Of a stretch of DNA of 64,000 bases, positions 28,424 through 38,509 are shown in pieces. Origin of the DNA: a virus (lineage: Duplodnaviria; Heunggongvirae; Uroviricota; Caudoviricetes); the IMG/VR virus record IMGVR_UViG_3300044551_000118; one strand, 5' to 3'. The translations under genes and the position numbers were made by a program. The notes beneath the pieces were generated by a model. It saw nothing but the letters and a program-made list of their open reading frames with translations. It was not told the origin of the DNA and ran no database searches. Each line of letters opens with the position of its first letter. Positions within the stretch are counted from its first letter, which is position 1.

Positions 28424-28698
28424 CGATGCTCCTCCCTGTAGTCTTCGAGCGCCGCTTCAAACCCGGCGCGGTTCGCCTCCGCCGCGACGCGGAACGCATC
28501 GCGGATGTCGCCGGTCCTCTCATAGACGACTTCCGCCATCGCGGCGGTGCGATCGCCCGGCGTGAGCGCGGAGGTGACGAACGCCGAGAGCGCCTCCATC
28601 GCCGCCTCCATCGCCTCGTCGCGGCTGGCGTACCGCCCCTCCGATGCCTCCATATAGGCGAGCACCAGCTCGGCTATCTTCGGAATGTCCTTCGGCAT
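28420..28698 (-). CDS. hypothetical small protein
   Basis: 92 aa, Ala/Glu-rich. Confidence 0.4.
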   Translation of the reverse strand: MPKDIPKIAELVLAYMEASEGRYASRDEAMEAAMEALSAFVTSALTPGDRTAAMAEVVYERTGDIRDAFRVAAEANRAGFEAALEDYREEHR

Positions 28699-28701
28699 GG
28701 C

Positions 28702-29460
28702 TCAGTCCTTTCCCACGATTTCGCGCATGTGCATCAGCGCTTCTTTCGCCTCATCACGGTAGGTCTCGACCAGCGCGTCGTCCCACGCGCCGGGCAGTCC
28801 CTTCTCGTCCTTGCCCAGCAGCCGGGCGATGGCCTGACGGTACAGACCGTACAGCCGCTTGGACATGGCCGCTATCTCGGCCTCGGACGGCTCGGCGGTG
28901 CGGCCCGCGACGTAGGCGTCTTGCTCGGACCTGATGTCCGCGTTCTGGCATTCGAGGTCGTAGTTGGGTACTTCGCCTTCGTCCAGTTCACTGCGGTCGG
29001 CGACTGGCACGAGAAGCGGATAACGCTCCTCTGCTTCGTTCTGCGCGATGCTCATGGCTCTACCTCGCTCAAATCCGGGCACGACGTTCTCGGGCTTGAG
29101 GACGACCTTGTAGTGATCGGGGCTCACATTGGCGGAGTCGACCTGCTCGACGAAGTACGTCACGTTGTCCGAGAGCCCGAGGAAATGCTTCTTGTACTGG
29201 TCGGGCCCGGTCTTGCAGGTGACCTCCAGCTGGTGGTCGTCGCGGTCGACGAGGATGGAGCAGAAGCCCTCGATGGAGAGCAGGTACTTGTCCGTGATCC
29301 CGTTGACGAAGACTATCTTGCGGGCGACCTTGAAGTTGTCCGAGTCCTGCGAGAGGTTGTGCGATGCGGTATCCGCATCCGAGCACGCCGACAGGGAGAG
29401 CACCGCGGCTATGGCGGCGAGCCCTGCGACGATGCGCTTGGGCTTGATGCGAATTGTCAT
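28702..29460 (-). CDS. lipoprotein (signal peptide with lipobox LSAC)
   Basis: MTIRIKPKRIVAGLAAIAAVLSLSAC... followed by a ~225-aa domain. First gene of the minus-strand cluster, just downstream of inverted repeat copy 5. Confidence 0.55.
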   Translation of the reverse strand: MTIRIKPKRIVAGLAAIAAVLSLSACSDADTASHNLSQDSDNFKVARKIVFVNGITDKYLLSIEGFCSILVDRDDHQLEVTCKTGPDQYKKHFLGLSDNVTYFVEQVDSANVSPDHYKVVLKPENVVPGFERGRAMSIAQNEAEERYPLLVPVADRSELDEGEVPNYDLECQNADIRSEQDAYVAGRTAEPSEAEIAAMSKRLYGLYRQAIARLLGKDEKGLPGAWDDALVETYRDEAKEALMHMREIVGKD

Positions 29461-29710
29461 GCTCTCCATATGCGTCCCGGATGGGCGGGTATGATCGATT
29501 CCCGCGAGCGACAAGAGCATTAGGGATATGGGGCCGGACGAGCTGAAGGCTGCGGCGACAGAGAGCGAACAGGCGCGCGCCGCAGTGGACGCCGAGCGAC
29601 GACGGCGATGGGATTCGTTCAAGGAAATCCTGAAAACGCCTTTCAAGAGCATCCTCGACTAGGCGCGACGCGCCCGGCGTCCATTAACTGAATCCCCGTA
29701 AATCATCGAA

Positions 29711-29948
29711 CTGCATATGCATACGGCTTTTCCTATGGAACCCCCGAAACAGCCCTTAAACATGCCAAAGCCTCTATAAACCATATGCTCATATGCAGGG
29801 GGGCTAAAGCCCTACTGGCAGTAGGGATGAGGGGTGCATATGGGCCGTATGCACCCGTATGTTCTGTATGCAGTTTCGGCTGTTTTCGTTGAAAAAACGC
29901 CGAAAAACGCATACGGGTGCTAGCCGGCGCATACGGCGCATATGCCTC
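29711..29948 (-). repeat. structured repeat element, copy 5 (inverted orientation)
   Basis: Reverse complement of the 16538-type element. Lies between two divergent gene clusters. Confidence 0.7.
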
Positions 29949-30418
29949 TTTCTGATGCGATGCGCCGCATCTCCCGACGCACACAGCGGGGCATGACACT
30001 GCTCAATGATTATCTGAAGCCTCTTGAGAAGTCCGGCGTTCTGGAGCCCTCCGAGCTCGCGGAGCGCATCCTCGCAGGCCTTTCCAAGCCCGACGCCAAG
30101 TCGTTGCTCGCCGAGGTGCTGCCCGGAGCCATCGCCACGGCCCAGTCCCGCGAGCGCATGCGCCCCTCGCGCACGCCGACCATGACCAGCGGCAAGGTCG
30201 CGGCCCAGCGGGCCATGTTCTCGCCCTTGTTCCATGTAGTGATTCCGCTCGCCTCCGGGCGCAAGCTGCTCGCGGACTGCGTGAAGGGCGATCTGCTCGA
30301 ATACGCGGAGACCTTGCGCACGCACGCCCGCATGACGATGGCGAAGGCGGACGAGTACGAGCGCATGGCGAACGAGCTGCCGGACGATACGACCACAGTC
30401 ATCGAGGCGTTCGGATAG
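29942..30418 (+). CDS. hypothetical protein
   Basis: 158-aa ORF starting at the edge of repeat copy 5. Alternative start at MTLLNDY, 29992. Confidence 0.4.
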   Translation: MPLSDAMRRISRRTQRGMTLLNDYLKPLEKSGVLEPSELAERILAGLSKPDAKSLLAEVLPGAIATAQSRERMRPSRTPTMTSGKVAAQRAMFSPLFHVVIPLASGRKLLADCVKGDLLEYAETLRTHARMTMAKADEYERMANELPDDTTTVIEAFG

Positions 30419-30674
30419 GCGGGGTGCATGCAGGAGAGCGAGGAAGCGGCGATTCCTCCCCGCCCACAAGGGGCGGAGTTTCCTCGCCGCAAATCTCATG
30501 AAGCCCCCGCGCGAAGCCCAAGCATCTCTCGGACAACCAAGAAAAAGACGGCTTCGCGCGGGGCCTTTTTCCTCAAGCGGGACGCATCAGAGAGGCAACG
30601 AGGGCGCTCAGAGGTCGTCCGAACAGCCAATATGCTGGCAGCGCCCTCGCCCAACCTATAGAAGGAGAACCCAT

Positions 30675-31505
30675 ATGAAGACTCTAGATGACCCGGCTCT
30701 GTCTAAGCTCGCGGACATGCTCGATGATCTGGAAGGCGAGCGCAAGGCCACTGCGAACCGCGTGCGCATCCTCACCGCCGCCACGCCCGACGAGGACGGC
30801 GTCATGCGAGGCTTCGCGCTGTCCGCCGACGATCCGTCCGTAAGGACCATGGAGGCGCTCAACGAGGGGCTCTCCAAGCTGGAGCACGAGGCGGTCCTCC
30901 AGCTCCAGCGGGTCATGCGCAAGCACCCGCTCGGCGCATGGCAGAGGGCGCAGAAGGGCGTGGGGGAGAAGACCCTCGCCCGTCTGCTCGGAGCCATCGG
31001 AGACCCGTACATCCGCCGCGACGACGGGCAGCCGCGCACCGTGCACCAGCTCTGGGCGCTGTGCGGGCTCCACGTCATCGAGGGACGCGCTGCAAAGCGC
31101 ACGAAGGGCGTGCAGTGCAATTGGAGCACCACCGCCAAGACCCGGGCCTACTTGATTTCCGAGGCCATCGTCAAGGCCGGCGTGCGCACCGCCGAGGACG
31201 GCTCCAAGATCGCCCTCTCGCCCTACGCGCAGGCGTATCTCGACCGCCGCGCCCACACCGCGCTCACGCATCCCGAGGCGAGCGCAGCGGACGAGAGGAA
31301 GGGTCTGGGCTGGACAAAGGCCCACGCCCACGCGGATGCCATGCGCATCGTCTCCAAGACCTTCCTGAAGGCCCTGTGGCGCGAGGCCAAGCGATTGCAC
31401 GAGGAGGAAGGCGGGGACGACGGCTCGCTTCTTCTGGTAATCGATGGAGTGAAAGACTCCGACTTCGCCGCGCTTGAGAGCGAAGCGTCGCTCGCGAGCG
31501 CCTGA
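30675..31505 (+). CDS. hypothetical protein with a region resembling the C-terminal domain of IS110-family transposases but lacking the DEDD/RuvC-like N-domain
   Basis: Good RBS (AAGGAGAA). 'KGVGEKTLARLLGAIGDP...LWALCGLHVIEGRAAKRTKG...' loosely follows the Transposase_20 pattern (GiG..tA..Ll.eiGD...r.....l.a.aGL.P...sG). The N-terminus is coiled-coil-like. Confidence 0.45.
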   Translation: MKTLDDPALSKLADMLDDLEGERKATANRVRILTAATPDEDGVMRGFALSADDPSVRTMEALNEGLSKLEHEAVLQLQRVMRKHPLGAWQRAQKGVGEKTLARLLGAIGDPYIRRDDGQPRTVHQLWALCGLHVIEGRAAKRTKGVQCNWSTTAKTRAYLISEAIVKAGVRTAEDGSKIALSPYAQAYLDRRAHTALTHPEASAADERKGLGWTKAHAHADAMRIVSKTFLKALWREAKRLHEEEGGDDGSLLLVIDGVKDSDFAALESEASLASA

Positions 31506-31563
31506 CGAAGATTTGCCGCATGCCCATCGTCCCACCGTGCAGCCTAAAGCAAGGCGCTTCTTG

Positions 31564-33441
31564 CTAACCCTGTTCCATGATTCGCGCCAGCTCAGAGGCA
31601 TCCATGAGCTGGGCCCCGGTGCCCATATCCTTTGGTTTTGGCTTCGTGCCCGTGCCGTCATCTCCGCCGCTCGGCGCGGGCGTAGGGGCCTCTCCGCCGA
31701 ACTCGGCTTTTGAATCCTCCCACCCCTCCTTGAGCAGCCGAAGGATGCTGTCGGTGGCGAGCGCCTTCTGCAGCGGCAGATCGATGCGCTGGGTGAGGAA
31801 GTTCATGAAGGCGCCGTCGATCTGGTCATCAGGCCCGTGCTTGCGCAATGTGTCAAGGTACTTGCCCCTGTCCACGTCGTCCGGCAATCCCAGCAGGTCG
31901 ACCAGGCGGCGTCCGAAGACCTCTACATCCGACATGCCGTCGCGACCGGCCCAGTAGGTCTTGTATACACGCCCGCGCTGCCCCGAGAGCTCGGCTCGCC
32001 CCACGCCCTTCGACACGCCGCCGTCCCTGATGTAGACGGGAATCTCCGGCATGTCATGCTGATCATGGAAGGTCGCCAGGATGGCGGAGCTGGGGTTCGC
32101 GCCCTGCACCATGCGGTGTCCGAAGAGATCGCGGGTCGTGGGCCCCAGCCCGGAGCGGTCATTCACGGTCTGCGAGGCCAGGATGAGGATGTACCCCTGC
32201 GCTCGGGCGGTGCGCAGAATGCGCAGGGCCTTCATCTTGATGTCGTACTCGGCCTGCCCGTTGTATTGCTGCTCGAAGATGGCGGGGGGCACCTTCTCCG
32301 GATTCGGGATTGATTTGACCATGATGGCGGCATCGACGAGCGAGGAGAACTCATCCACGACCACGACGTGCCGCGGGTATTTGGCCTTGGCCCAGTCGGG
32401 GATGGAGTACCAGTTTTGCCAAGCATTCTCCTTCCACACCTTCGCGCGTTCGCCATGCTCCACATCCTCGATGAGGAGATTGAGGACCCCTGCTGACTGC
32501 TGCACGGACTCGCAGCCCCAGTGCCCCGGCGTGACCCACGGGCGCAGCCAGTAGTAGTCGGTGGCTTTGTTCGACAGGTCGATGATGGAGAGGAGCGGCT
32601 TCTGCGCGACCAATCCCGCGAGGATGTTGTTGATCGCCACGCTCTTGCCGGAGCCTCCCTCGCCGCCGATCAGCAGGAACGAGGATTCCTTCCAGTCGAC
32701 GGACGCGGTTTCGTAGTCGAGCCCGCCCGCCTTGGGCAGCAGCACGCCGAACGGGGTTCTGGAGAACTGCTCTGGAGAGCCGAGTCCGTCAAGGGGGAAG
32801 GGGTGCACGGGAAGAAATGTCGGCGGCTCGCCGGGATGGATGTCGATCGTGCCCTCTCGCGCGTCCGCATCGAAGTACCAGCCGGGCCGGCCTATCTGCA
32901 GGCAGGCGGACTGCACCTTGGAATCGTATTTGTCGGACGTGTAGATGATCGAGGAGTCGAGCGCGCAGTGCCAGCCGCCGTCCTTCGCCGGCTCGACTTT
33001 CGCCTCCCATGGCTTGAGTCCCATCGCGGCGGTCAAAAACCCCCGCGCGGTCGTTTGCTCGGGGCTCAGCCGCTCGAAGATGGCTTTGCCCTCGTACGGG
33101 CGGAACTCCGTCATCTTGAAGCCCGGCAGCGAGCTCTCGTAGTTCGCCTGCACCTTGGCCGCCGCGCTCGGCGTGCACTGGGACGCCGCGAGCTTGACGA
33201 CCTTGCGGTCTCCGTTGTCCTCCACGGAGGCCACGGAGCGGTCCACCAGCACGGCGACGTGCCGCTCCGCATCGATGTAATCCAACTCCGCGTCGGAGGC
33301 CTCTGGCGTCTCGCGCCTGAATTTGTCGAGCATGCGGTCGAGCAGGGCGCGGTGCGAGGCGTCGCCCACGGGGTCGAAGACGAACGACGCGCCCGCCTTG
33401 TTTTTGATCTTGGATGGGTAGCTGCACTCAAATTTCTGCAT
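31564..33441 (-). CDS. FtsK/SpoIIIE-family DNA translocase (TraB/TraSA-like conjugative dsDNA transfer ATPase)
   Basis: Walker A 'GGEGGSGKS', Walker B 'HVVVVDEF', and the FtsK-type motor-domain blocks. This family drives conjugation of actinomycete ICEs and plasmids. Confidence 0.85.
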   Translation of the reverse strand: MQKFECSYPSKIKNKAGASFVFDPVGDASHRALLDRMLDKFRRETPEASDAELDYIDAERHVAVLVDRSVASVEDNGDRKVVKLAASQCTPSAAAKVQANYESSLPGFKMTEFRPYEGKAIFERLSPEQTTARGFLTAAMGLKPWEAKVEPAKDGGWHCALDSSIIYTSDKYDSKVQSACLQIGRPGWYFDADAREGTIDIHPGEPPTFLPVHPFPLDGLGSPEQFSRTPFGVLLPKAGGLDYETASVDWKESSFLLIGGEGGSGKSVAINNILAGLVAQKPLLSIIDLSNKATDYYWLRPWVTPGHWGCESVQQSAGVLNLLIEDVEHGERAKVWKENAWQNWYSIPDWAKAKYPRHVVVVDEFSSLVDAAIMVKSIPNPEKVPPAIFEQQYNGQAEYDIKMKALRILRTARAQGYILILASQTVNDRSGLGPTTRDLFGHRMVQGANPSSAILATFHDQHDMPEIPVYIRDGGVSKGVGRAELSGQRGRVYKTYWAGRDGMSDVEVFGRRLVDLLGLPDDVDRGKYLDTLRKHGPDDQIDGAFMNFLTQRIDLPLQKALATDSILRLLKEGWEDSKAEFGGEAPTPAPSGGDDGTGTKPKPKDMGTGAQLMDASELARIMEQG

Positions 33442-33646
33442 GCTGCGCTGCTATGCGAAGAGAGGAGCGCCGCCGGTCGACGCGCGGTCGTTCGCATAAT
33501 CCATGGGGGGCGCTCCTGCCGTGGCATATGCGTCAGAAGGAAGAAAGGGCGCCGGCGGCGCACGTGTGGTTGTGCGCGCCACTTCCCGGGCCTTGCGGCG
33601 CTCTGCGATATCCGATGCGTCCCGCACGGGACGCATATGCCCCTTC

Positions 33647-34180
33647 ATGAAGAATCTACGAGAACTGAAGCAGCACTACATGCCGGATATCTGCACCGTA
33701 TCTGCGGCGCTCATCCGCTCCGGCGTGTACCTGTGCCTGTGCGACAACTGTCTGACCTATCAGGAGACGGGCCGCGAGGGCGCCATCGCCTTCCTCGCGC
33801 GCCACTACCCGCACGGCATGCACCATGTGATCGACGTGCCCATGTCCGGCGATTTCGACGCGGTGCGCATGGACGGCTTTCGCACGTTCCGCAACTCCCG
33901 CGAGGCCGCTGCGGGGCTGGGCACGGCGAACGGCATGCTCCTCGCCGAACCGGAGGAGATCGTCGCCGCGGCCTGCGTGAACGGCGAGGCCTACGGGCAC
34001 CGCTGGGCGCTGCCCAACCGCATCGTCATGGATGGCCGCGAGACGTTCTCGTGCGACAAGGCCGCTGCGGACGCCATGAAGAGGAACGAGAACTCCAAGG
34101 CGAACGCGGGCAACATCGCCCGCGCCGCGAGCCGCGGGAACGGCGTGGCGTACGGTCATCGCTGGGAGTGGGCGCTATGA
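33647..34180 (+). CDS. hypothetical protein with duplicated 'NG(E/V)AYGHRW' motif
   Basis: 177 aa. A palindrome ATGCGTCCCG-ca-CGGGACGCAT sits 10-33 nt upstream of the start. Confidence 0.45.
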   Translation: MKNLRELKQHYMPDICTVSAALIRSGVYLCLCDNCLTYQETGREGAIAFLARHYPHGMHHVIDVPMSGDFDAVRMDGFRTFRNSREAAAGLGTANGMLLAEPEEIVAAACVNGEAYGHRWALPNRIVMDGRETFSCDKAAADAMKRNENSKANAGNIARAASRGNGVAYGHRWEWAL

Positions 34181-34761
34181 GCGCCCGTCTCTTCCTCGAC
34201 TTCGACGGCGTGCTCAACGTGCTGGGCGATGCCGCGCATTTCCACGACGATGCCCATTTCGACGCCGATCGCGAGGCGTACGCGCCCATCGACGGCATCG
34301 CCTACCATCTGCGCTGGTCGGGCGAGCTGGCGGACCGCCTTTTCGCGCTCTTCGCCGACTGCGAGGCGACATGGCTCTCCACGTGGGAGCCGTACGTGGG
34401 CCTCCTGGAGCCGAAGCTCGGCTGGGACCCGCATGCCATCGGCACCGTGAAATGGTACGACCCGGTGACGTGGATAGGCCGGAGCACCGGCAAACTGGAG
34501 ACCATCCTCTCCGCCGTGCGGGGCGGCGGCGCCGAGCCCATCATCTGGGTCGACGACGAGGAGTGCGGGATATACGCGAAAAAGAAGATACAGCACCTAT
34601 GTCCGGCCATGCCGGTGCTCATGGTTCAACCCAGCCCTGTGACCGGCATATCGAAGCGGCAGTTGGCACTGATCGAGCACGCCGTGCATGGCAGCATCGC
34701 GCCCGGCGTGACGCTGGACGACGAGGCGCGTTTCAGCCCTACTTCGCACCAAGGCCTCTGA
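34177..34761 (+). CDS. HAD-superfamily phosphatase-like protein
   Basis: N-terminal 'LFLDFDGVLN' (DxDG motif I of HAD) and a C-terminal 'IWVDDEE' motif-IV-like block. ATGA coupling to the upstream gene. Confidence 0.5.
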   Translation: MSARLFLDFDGVLNVLGDAAHFHDDAHFDADREAYAPIDGIAYHLRWSGELADRLFALFADCEATWLSTWEPYVGLLEPKLGWDPHAIGTVKWYDPVTWIGRSTGKLETILSAVRGGGAEPIIWVDDEECGIYAKKKIQHLCPAMPVLMVQPSPVTGISKRQLALIEHAVHGSIAPGVTLDDEARFSPTSHQGL

Positions 34762-35257
34762 GCCACTCCTCCTCGCCGATGGCGTAGCGCTCGCGGGCCA
34801 GCGGGGCGAAGCACCCGAGCGTGTAGGCGTCCGCGATGTCCGCAAGAAGCACGGAGTCGCCCGCCATCTCGGCGATAAGCATGCCGTCCTGGAAGAACGC
34901 CAGCCGCCCCGGGCGCCCGGTGCGCGAGTACGCCGCCCAGGATGCGTCCCCGCCCGGCTGGACGGCCTTCACGCCTTGCCTTGAGTCGTCGCAGCCCGTC
35001 CAGCCGATTTCGTAGGCGCGGTACGCCGCCCGGCGAAGCGGGCTCACGCCCCGGTGCCGGCGCTTCACCGCCCCCCCCCTCGTCGGCCTCACGCGAAGAC
35101 GGGCCGCGGGATAGAGCCGCGCCATCGCCTTGCGCGCGCGGCGGGCCTGGGCGTATGTGGGCAGAGGCGAGCGCCGGGCAAGCACGATGCCGCCGCGCTC
35201 CATGACGTCCGTCCACTGCGTCAGATTCGCCGCCTTGATCTGCACGCTCCACTCCAT
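34739..35257 (-). CDS. hypothetical protein
   Basis: 172-aa ORF convergent with the HAD gene. Natural composition in its C-terminal half. Confidence 0.35.
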   Translation of the reverse strand: MEWSVQIKAANLTQWTDVMERGGIVLARRSPLPTYAQARRARKAMARLYPAARLRVRPTRGGAVKRRHRGVSPLRRAAYRAYEIGWTGCDDSRQGVKAVQPGGDASWAAYSRTGRPGRLAFFQDGMLIAEMAGDSVLLADIADAYTLGCFAPLARERYAIGEEEWLRGLGAK

Positions 35258-35502
35258 GGCCTTGCCTCGCTTTCCGCATCGACTCGGGGGCTATGCGCAC
35301 AGCCGCGCATGATGCAGCAAAGAAAGCCGCTGCGCTGAGGCAGCAGAGGCGCATCGGATATGCTCCCGGCGACTGCTCGCCGAGGGCCTCCTTATATCCG
35401 CCCCGACCTTAGGCATAGCCCCTGTCCGGGCGGGCCGCGAAGCAGGACGCATGCCGCTCATGTGAAAGCGGGAAAGTCTCCCGCGACAAGGAGAGGAAGA
35501 AC

Positions 35503-38001
35503 ATGCGCAAGCAGTTCATCGCAGGAGCCGCGGCGGCCATCGCCATCGCGGCGCTCGCAAGTCCGTCGGTCGCCATGGCCGACGAATCCAACGGGGTCCA
35601 GCCCGACGCGGTCGGGGCTGTCCAGAGCGCGAAGAGCGCTGCGGCAGATGCTGCGCAGGCCACGGCCAAGGCGCAGGAAGCCACGCCGCCGCAGGTGCGA
35701 GCGGCCCAGAGCAACGTGACGCAGGCCGCGCAGGGCGTGACTCAGGCCCAGAGCAACCTGAACGCCGCACAGAGCGCAGCCGGGGCCGCGGCGGCCCAAG
35801 TGCCGCCCGCCCAGAGCGACCTGAATGCCGCGAACGCGCAGGTCTCGCAGGCCCAGAGCGCGAATGACGCCGCCCGGATGAACCTCGAAGCGGCCCAGTC
35901 CGACCCCGCCGTGCAGCAGGTCGCATCGGCTCAGGCCAGCCTCGACCAGTCCGCCAAGAACCTCGACGCCGCCTCGCAGGCGGTGAACGACCAGCAGAGC
36001 AGGGTTGATGACCTGTCCAGGCAGTCCGAGACGGACGCCAAGGCCCAGAGCGATGCTCAGGCCAAGGCCGATGCAGCCGACAGGGCGAAGGGCGCCGCCT
36101 CGCAGAATCTGACCGCAGCCAAGGAGCAGCCCGCCCCGACCCAGCCGGATGCCTCCGATGCCGCCAAGGCGGACGCCTCCGCGAAGTCCGCCGATGATGC
36201 CGCCAAGGCATCCGATGCCGCCGCGAGCAAGGCCAAGGGCATGGCGGACGCGGCCTCCAAGGCCCTCTCGGACGCCAATGCCGCAGCCGCCAAGGCCAAG
36301 GGCATGGCGGACAACGCGAACAGCCCTACCGCCAACAGCGCCGTGGGCTTCTTCGACGCCACCGGCTTCCCCGGCGCGGCTCAGGCGCTGACCGACCCGA
36401 AATCGCAGCTCGGCCCCACCAGCGACGCCTCCAAGGACACCAGCTGGCTGCACGTGGGCGACAAGGACTCCTCCACGAGCCTCGACAACATGCTCAAGGC
36501 CCTGGACCTGATCGACAAGGGCAACGCCATCCGCAAGTCGTTGGGCCTTCCCGAGTGGAAGATCAACTACAATCAGACCGCGCTGGCCGAGCTCGCCGCC
36601 GACTACAACACGTACTCCGGCAACATGGAGCACCTGTGGGGCACGTACACGTGGAACCAAAACCTCGCGTGGGGCTGGAACAACCCGTACGACGGCTGGT
36701 ACACGGCCGAGAAGGCGACCTTCGACGCCTACGCCAAGGACCATCCGGGAATCAGGGGCCTGCCCGCCTATCGGGTCTCCCAGCAGTACCCCGGCATCTA
36801 CAAGCAGGTGGGGCACTACCTCAACATCATCGACCCCGGCGTGAACGTGACCGGCTTCGCCCACGCCATCGGCGGCTACTACGGCGTGACGGATGCGCAG
36901 GACGCCGCGTGGATGGACGACTACGACACCAACCCGCACATCTTCACCACCGCGCAGGCCCGCTCCCAGATCGCGCGATACCAGAGCGACCTGAAGAACG
37001 CCTCCAAGCTCTACGCCGACGCGAAGGCCAAGGTCTCCAAGGCCTCCACCGCCGCGGCAGCCGCGCAGAGCGCCCTGAAGGCGTTGCAGACCCGAGCCGA
37101 GGCGGCCCACGCGAACGCGGATAGACTCGCTGCGGATGCCAAGAGCGCTCAGGCCGCGTACGACAAGGCAAAGGCCTCCTATGAGGCGAAGAGCGCCAGC
37201 CGCACGCAGGCCATCGCCGCCGCGCAGAGCGCCTACGACAAGGCATCCGCCGACGCCGCGGCCGAGCACTCCGCGCTGTCGCAAGCCAAAGCCAACGCCA
37301 CACAGCTCGCCGCCTCTCTGAACAAGGCAAAGGCCGCGCTGCCCGGAGACATCGCCGCCCGCGACGCCGCAGCCAAGGCTGTAGCCGCCGCCAAGGTCAA
37401 CCTCGCCAAGGCGAATGCCAAGGGCGATGCCCTGGCACGGCTCGAAGCCGCGCAGGACAAGGCCGCGAAGGCCGGCGCGGTGCTCGAAGCCGCTAAAGCC
37501 AAGGCGTCGGACGCCGCCAAGGCGCTTGAGGCCGCCAAGGCGAACGCCGAGACGACCGCGAATGCCGCAAGCGAGGCGCAGCGCAAGCTGGATGCCGCGC
37601 AGCGCGCGCTGACGGACGCCAAGGCCGCTCTGGAGCAGGCCAAGGCCGATGTCGCCAAGGCCGCATCCGACGCCGCCAAGGCCAAGGCCAAGGGCGACAA
37701 GGCCGCATCCGATGCGACGGTTGCGGACGCGGCGGTGAAGGTCGCCAAGAAGGCCGCCCAGCAGCCTGCGGCAGCGGTCGTGTCCGCGAGCGAGCAGAGC
37801 GCCTCCGCCCCGAAGAGCGAGACCAAGGATGACGCCAATGCGGCGCAGGCCCCCAAGGGCATGGTCGTGACCGGAGCCACGAACGCCGGCTCCGAGCCGC
37901 TGGCGTCCACGGGAGCCAGCGCGGACGTCGCGCTCGGCCTCATGGCCATCATGGCGGTTGCCGGAGTCGGCTGTACGCTGGTGCGCCGCCGCTTCGAGTA
38001 A
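35503..38001 (+). CDS. LAxTG-anchored surface protein with Ala-rich coiled coils and a CAP/SCP-like domain
   Basis: Signal peptide. Long AQSA/AKAxA heptad-like repeats. The central block 'GNMEHLWGTYTWNQNLAWGWNNP...GHYLNII' resembles CAP (SCP/TAPS) signatures. C-terminal LASTG + TM + RRRFE. Confidence 0.7.
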   Translation: MRKQFIAGAAAAIAIAALASPSVAMADESNGVQPDAVGAVQSAKSAAADAAQATAKAQEATPPQVRAAQSNVTQAAQGVTQAQSNLNAAQSAAGAAAAQVPPAQSDLNAANAQVSQAQSANDAARMNLEAAQSDPAVQQVASAQASLDQSAKNLDAASQAVNDQQSRVDDLSRQSETDAKAQSDAQAKADAADRAKGAASQNLTAAKEQPAPTQPDASDAAKADASAKSADDAAKASDAAASKAKGMADAASKALSDANAAAAKAKGMADNANSPTANSAVGFFDATGFPGAAQALTDPKSQLGPTSDASKDTSWLHVGDKDSSTSLDNMLKALDLIDKGNAIRKSLGLPEWKINYNQTALAELAADYNTYSGNMEHLWGTYTWNQNLAWGWNNPYDGWYTAEKATFDAYAKDHPGIRGLPAYRVSQQYPGIYKQVGHYLNIIDPGVNVTGFAHAIGGYYGVTDAQDAAWMDDYDTNPHIFTTAQARSQIARYQSDLKNASKLYADAKAKVSKASTAAAAAQSALKALQTRAEAAHANADRLAADAKSAQAAYDKAKASYEAKSASRTQAIAAAQSAYDKASADAAAEHSALSQAKANATQLAASLNKAKAALPGDIAARDAAAKAVAAAKVNLAKANAKGDALARLEAAQDKAAKAGAVLEAAKAKASDAAKALEAAKANAETTANAASEAQRKLDAAQRALTDAKAALEQAKADVAKAASDAAKAKAKGDKAASDATVADAAVKVAKKAAQQPAAAVVSASEQSASAPKSETKDDANAAQAPKGMVVTGATNAGSEPLASTGASADVALGLMAIMAVAGVGCTLVRRRFE

Positions 38002-38011
38002 TCGGCATACG

Positions 38012-38066
38012 AGACGGCAAGGGGCCGTCTGCAGGACTTCCTGCGGACGGCCCCTTGCCGTCTCGC
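38012..38066. terminator. long perfect hairpin terminator
   Basis: gagacggcaaggggccgtctgcagga-cttc-ctgcggacggccccttgccgtctc immediately after the surface-protein stop. Confidence 0.6.
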
Positions 38067-38089
38067 TATTCAAGATTTGAGCGGCAAGG

Positions 38090-38426
38090 ATTCCCCGCCC
38101 CTTGTGGGCGCGGGAGGAATTGCCGTCCTTTCGCCCGCCCTTCCAGACGCATACATGCACTCATGAAACGGAAGAGCCCGAGCGCCAAGCGGCGGGAGAG
38201 TGCGTCTTCAAGTTCTCGCGTCCGCGTGCTCAACATGCCTCTCGCCTTCACCGAGGAACAGTTCGCGCTTCTGCTTCATGCAGCCGACCTCTACAGTCGC
38301 TGCTGGCAGTCGATAACAGAGTGCGCTGCGCCCATGATGGACGAAGCGCCTGCGATGGCGTCTGCTCTGCAGACAGTCGCAGGAATCACGCTCACGTCCA
38401 AGCCGCAGGGATCGTCCCTGCGGTAA
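38090..38426 (+). mobile_element. tnpB: IS200/IS605-family remnant: left-end-like hairpin plus 5' fragment of tnpB (OrfB_IS605 N-terminal region), copy 1
   Basis: 'RVRVLNMPLAFTEEQFALLLHAADLYSRCW' matches the TnpB N-terminal 'lk.rl.Pt.eQ...l......R..yN' region. ~250 bp (including upstream ccccgccccttgtgggcgcggg) is ~85% identical to 55705..55965. The ORF is truncated after ~90 codons. Confidence 0.55.
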
Positions 38427-38509
38427 TTGACATCCAGCCGCACATCCGTGAAACATGTTGCGCGTAGTCTTTTCCGATGTCAGAGAAGACCGAAAACAAG
38501 GAGAGAACC

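Noticed and set aside
35458-38160. 900-aa minus-strand ORF and other long Arg/Gly-rich antisense ORFs (e.g. 46283..47812, 32521..34761, 3290..4924, 5959..7170, 8125..9555, 38477..40573)
   Set aside because: They overlap well-supported genes on the opposite strand and have Arg/Gly/Pro-dominated composition with no motifs. They are stop-codon-poor antisense frames of GC-rich DNA.
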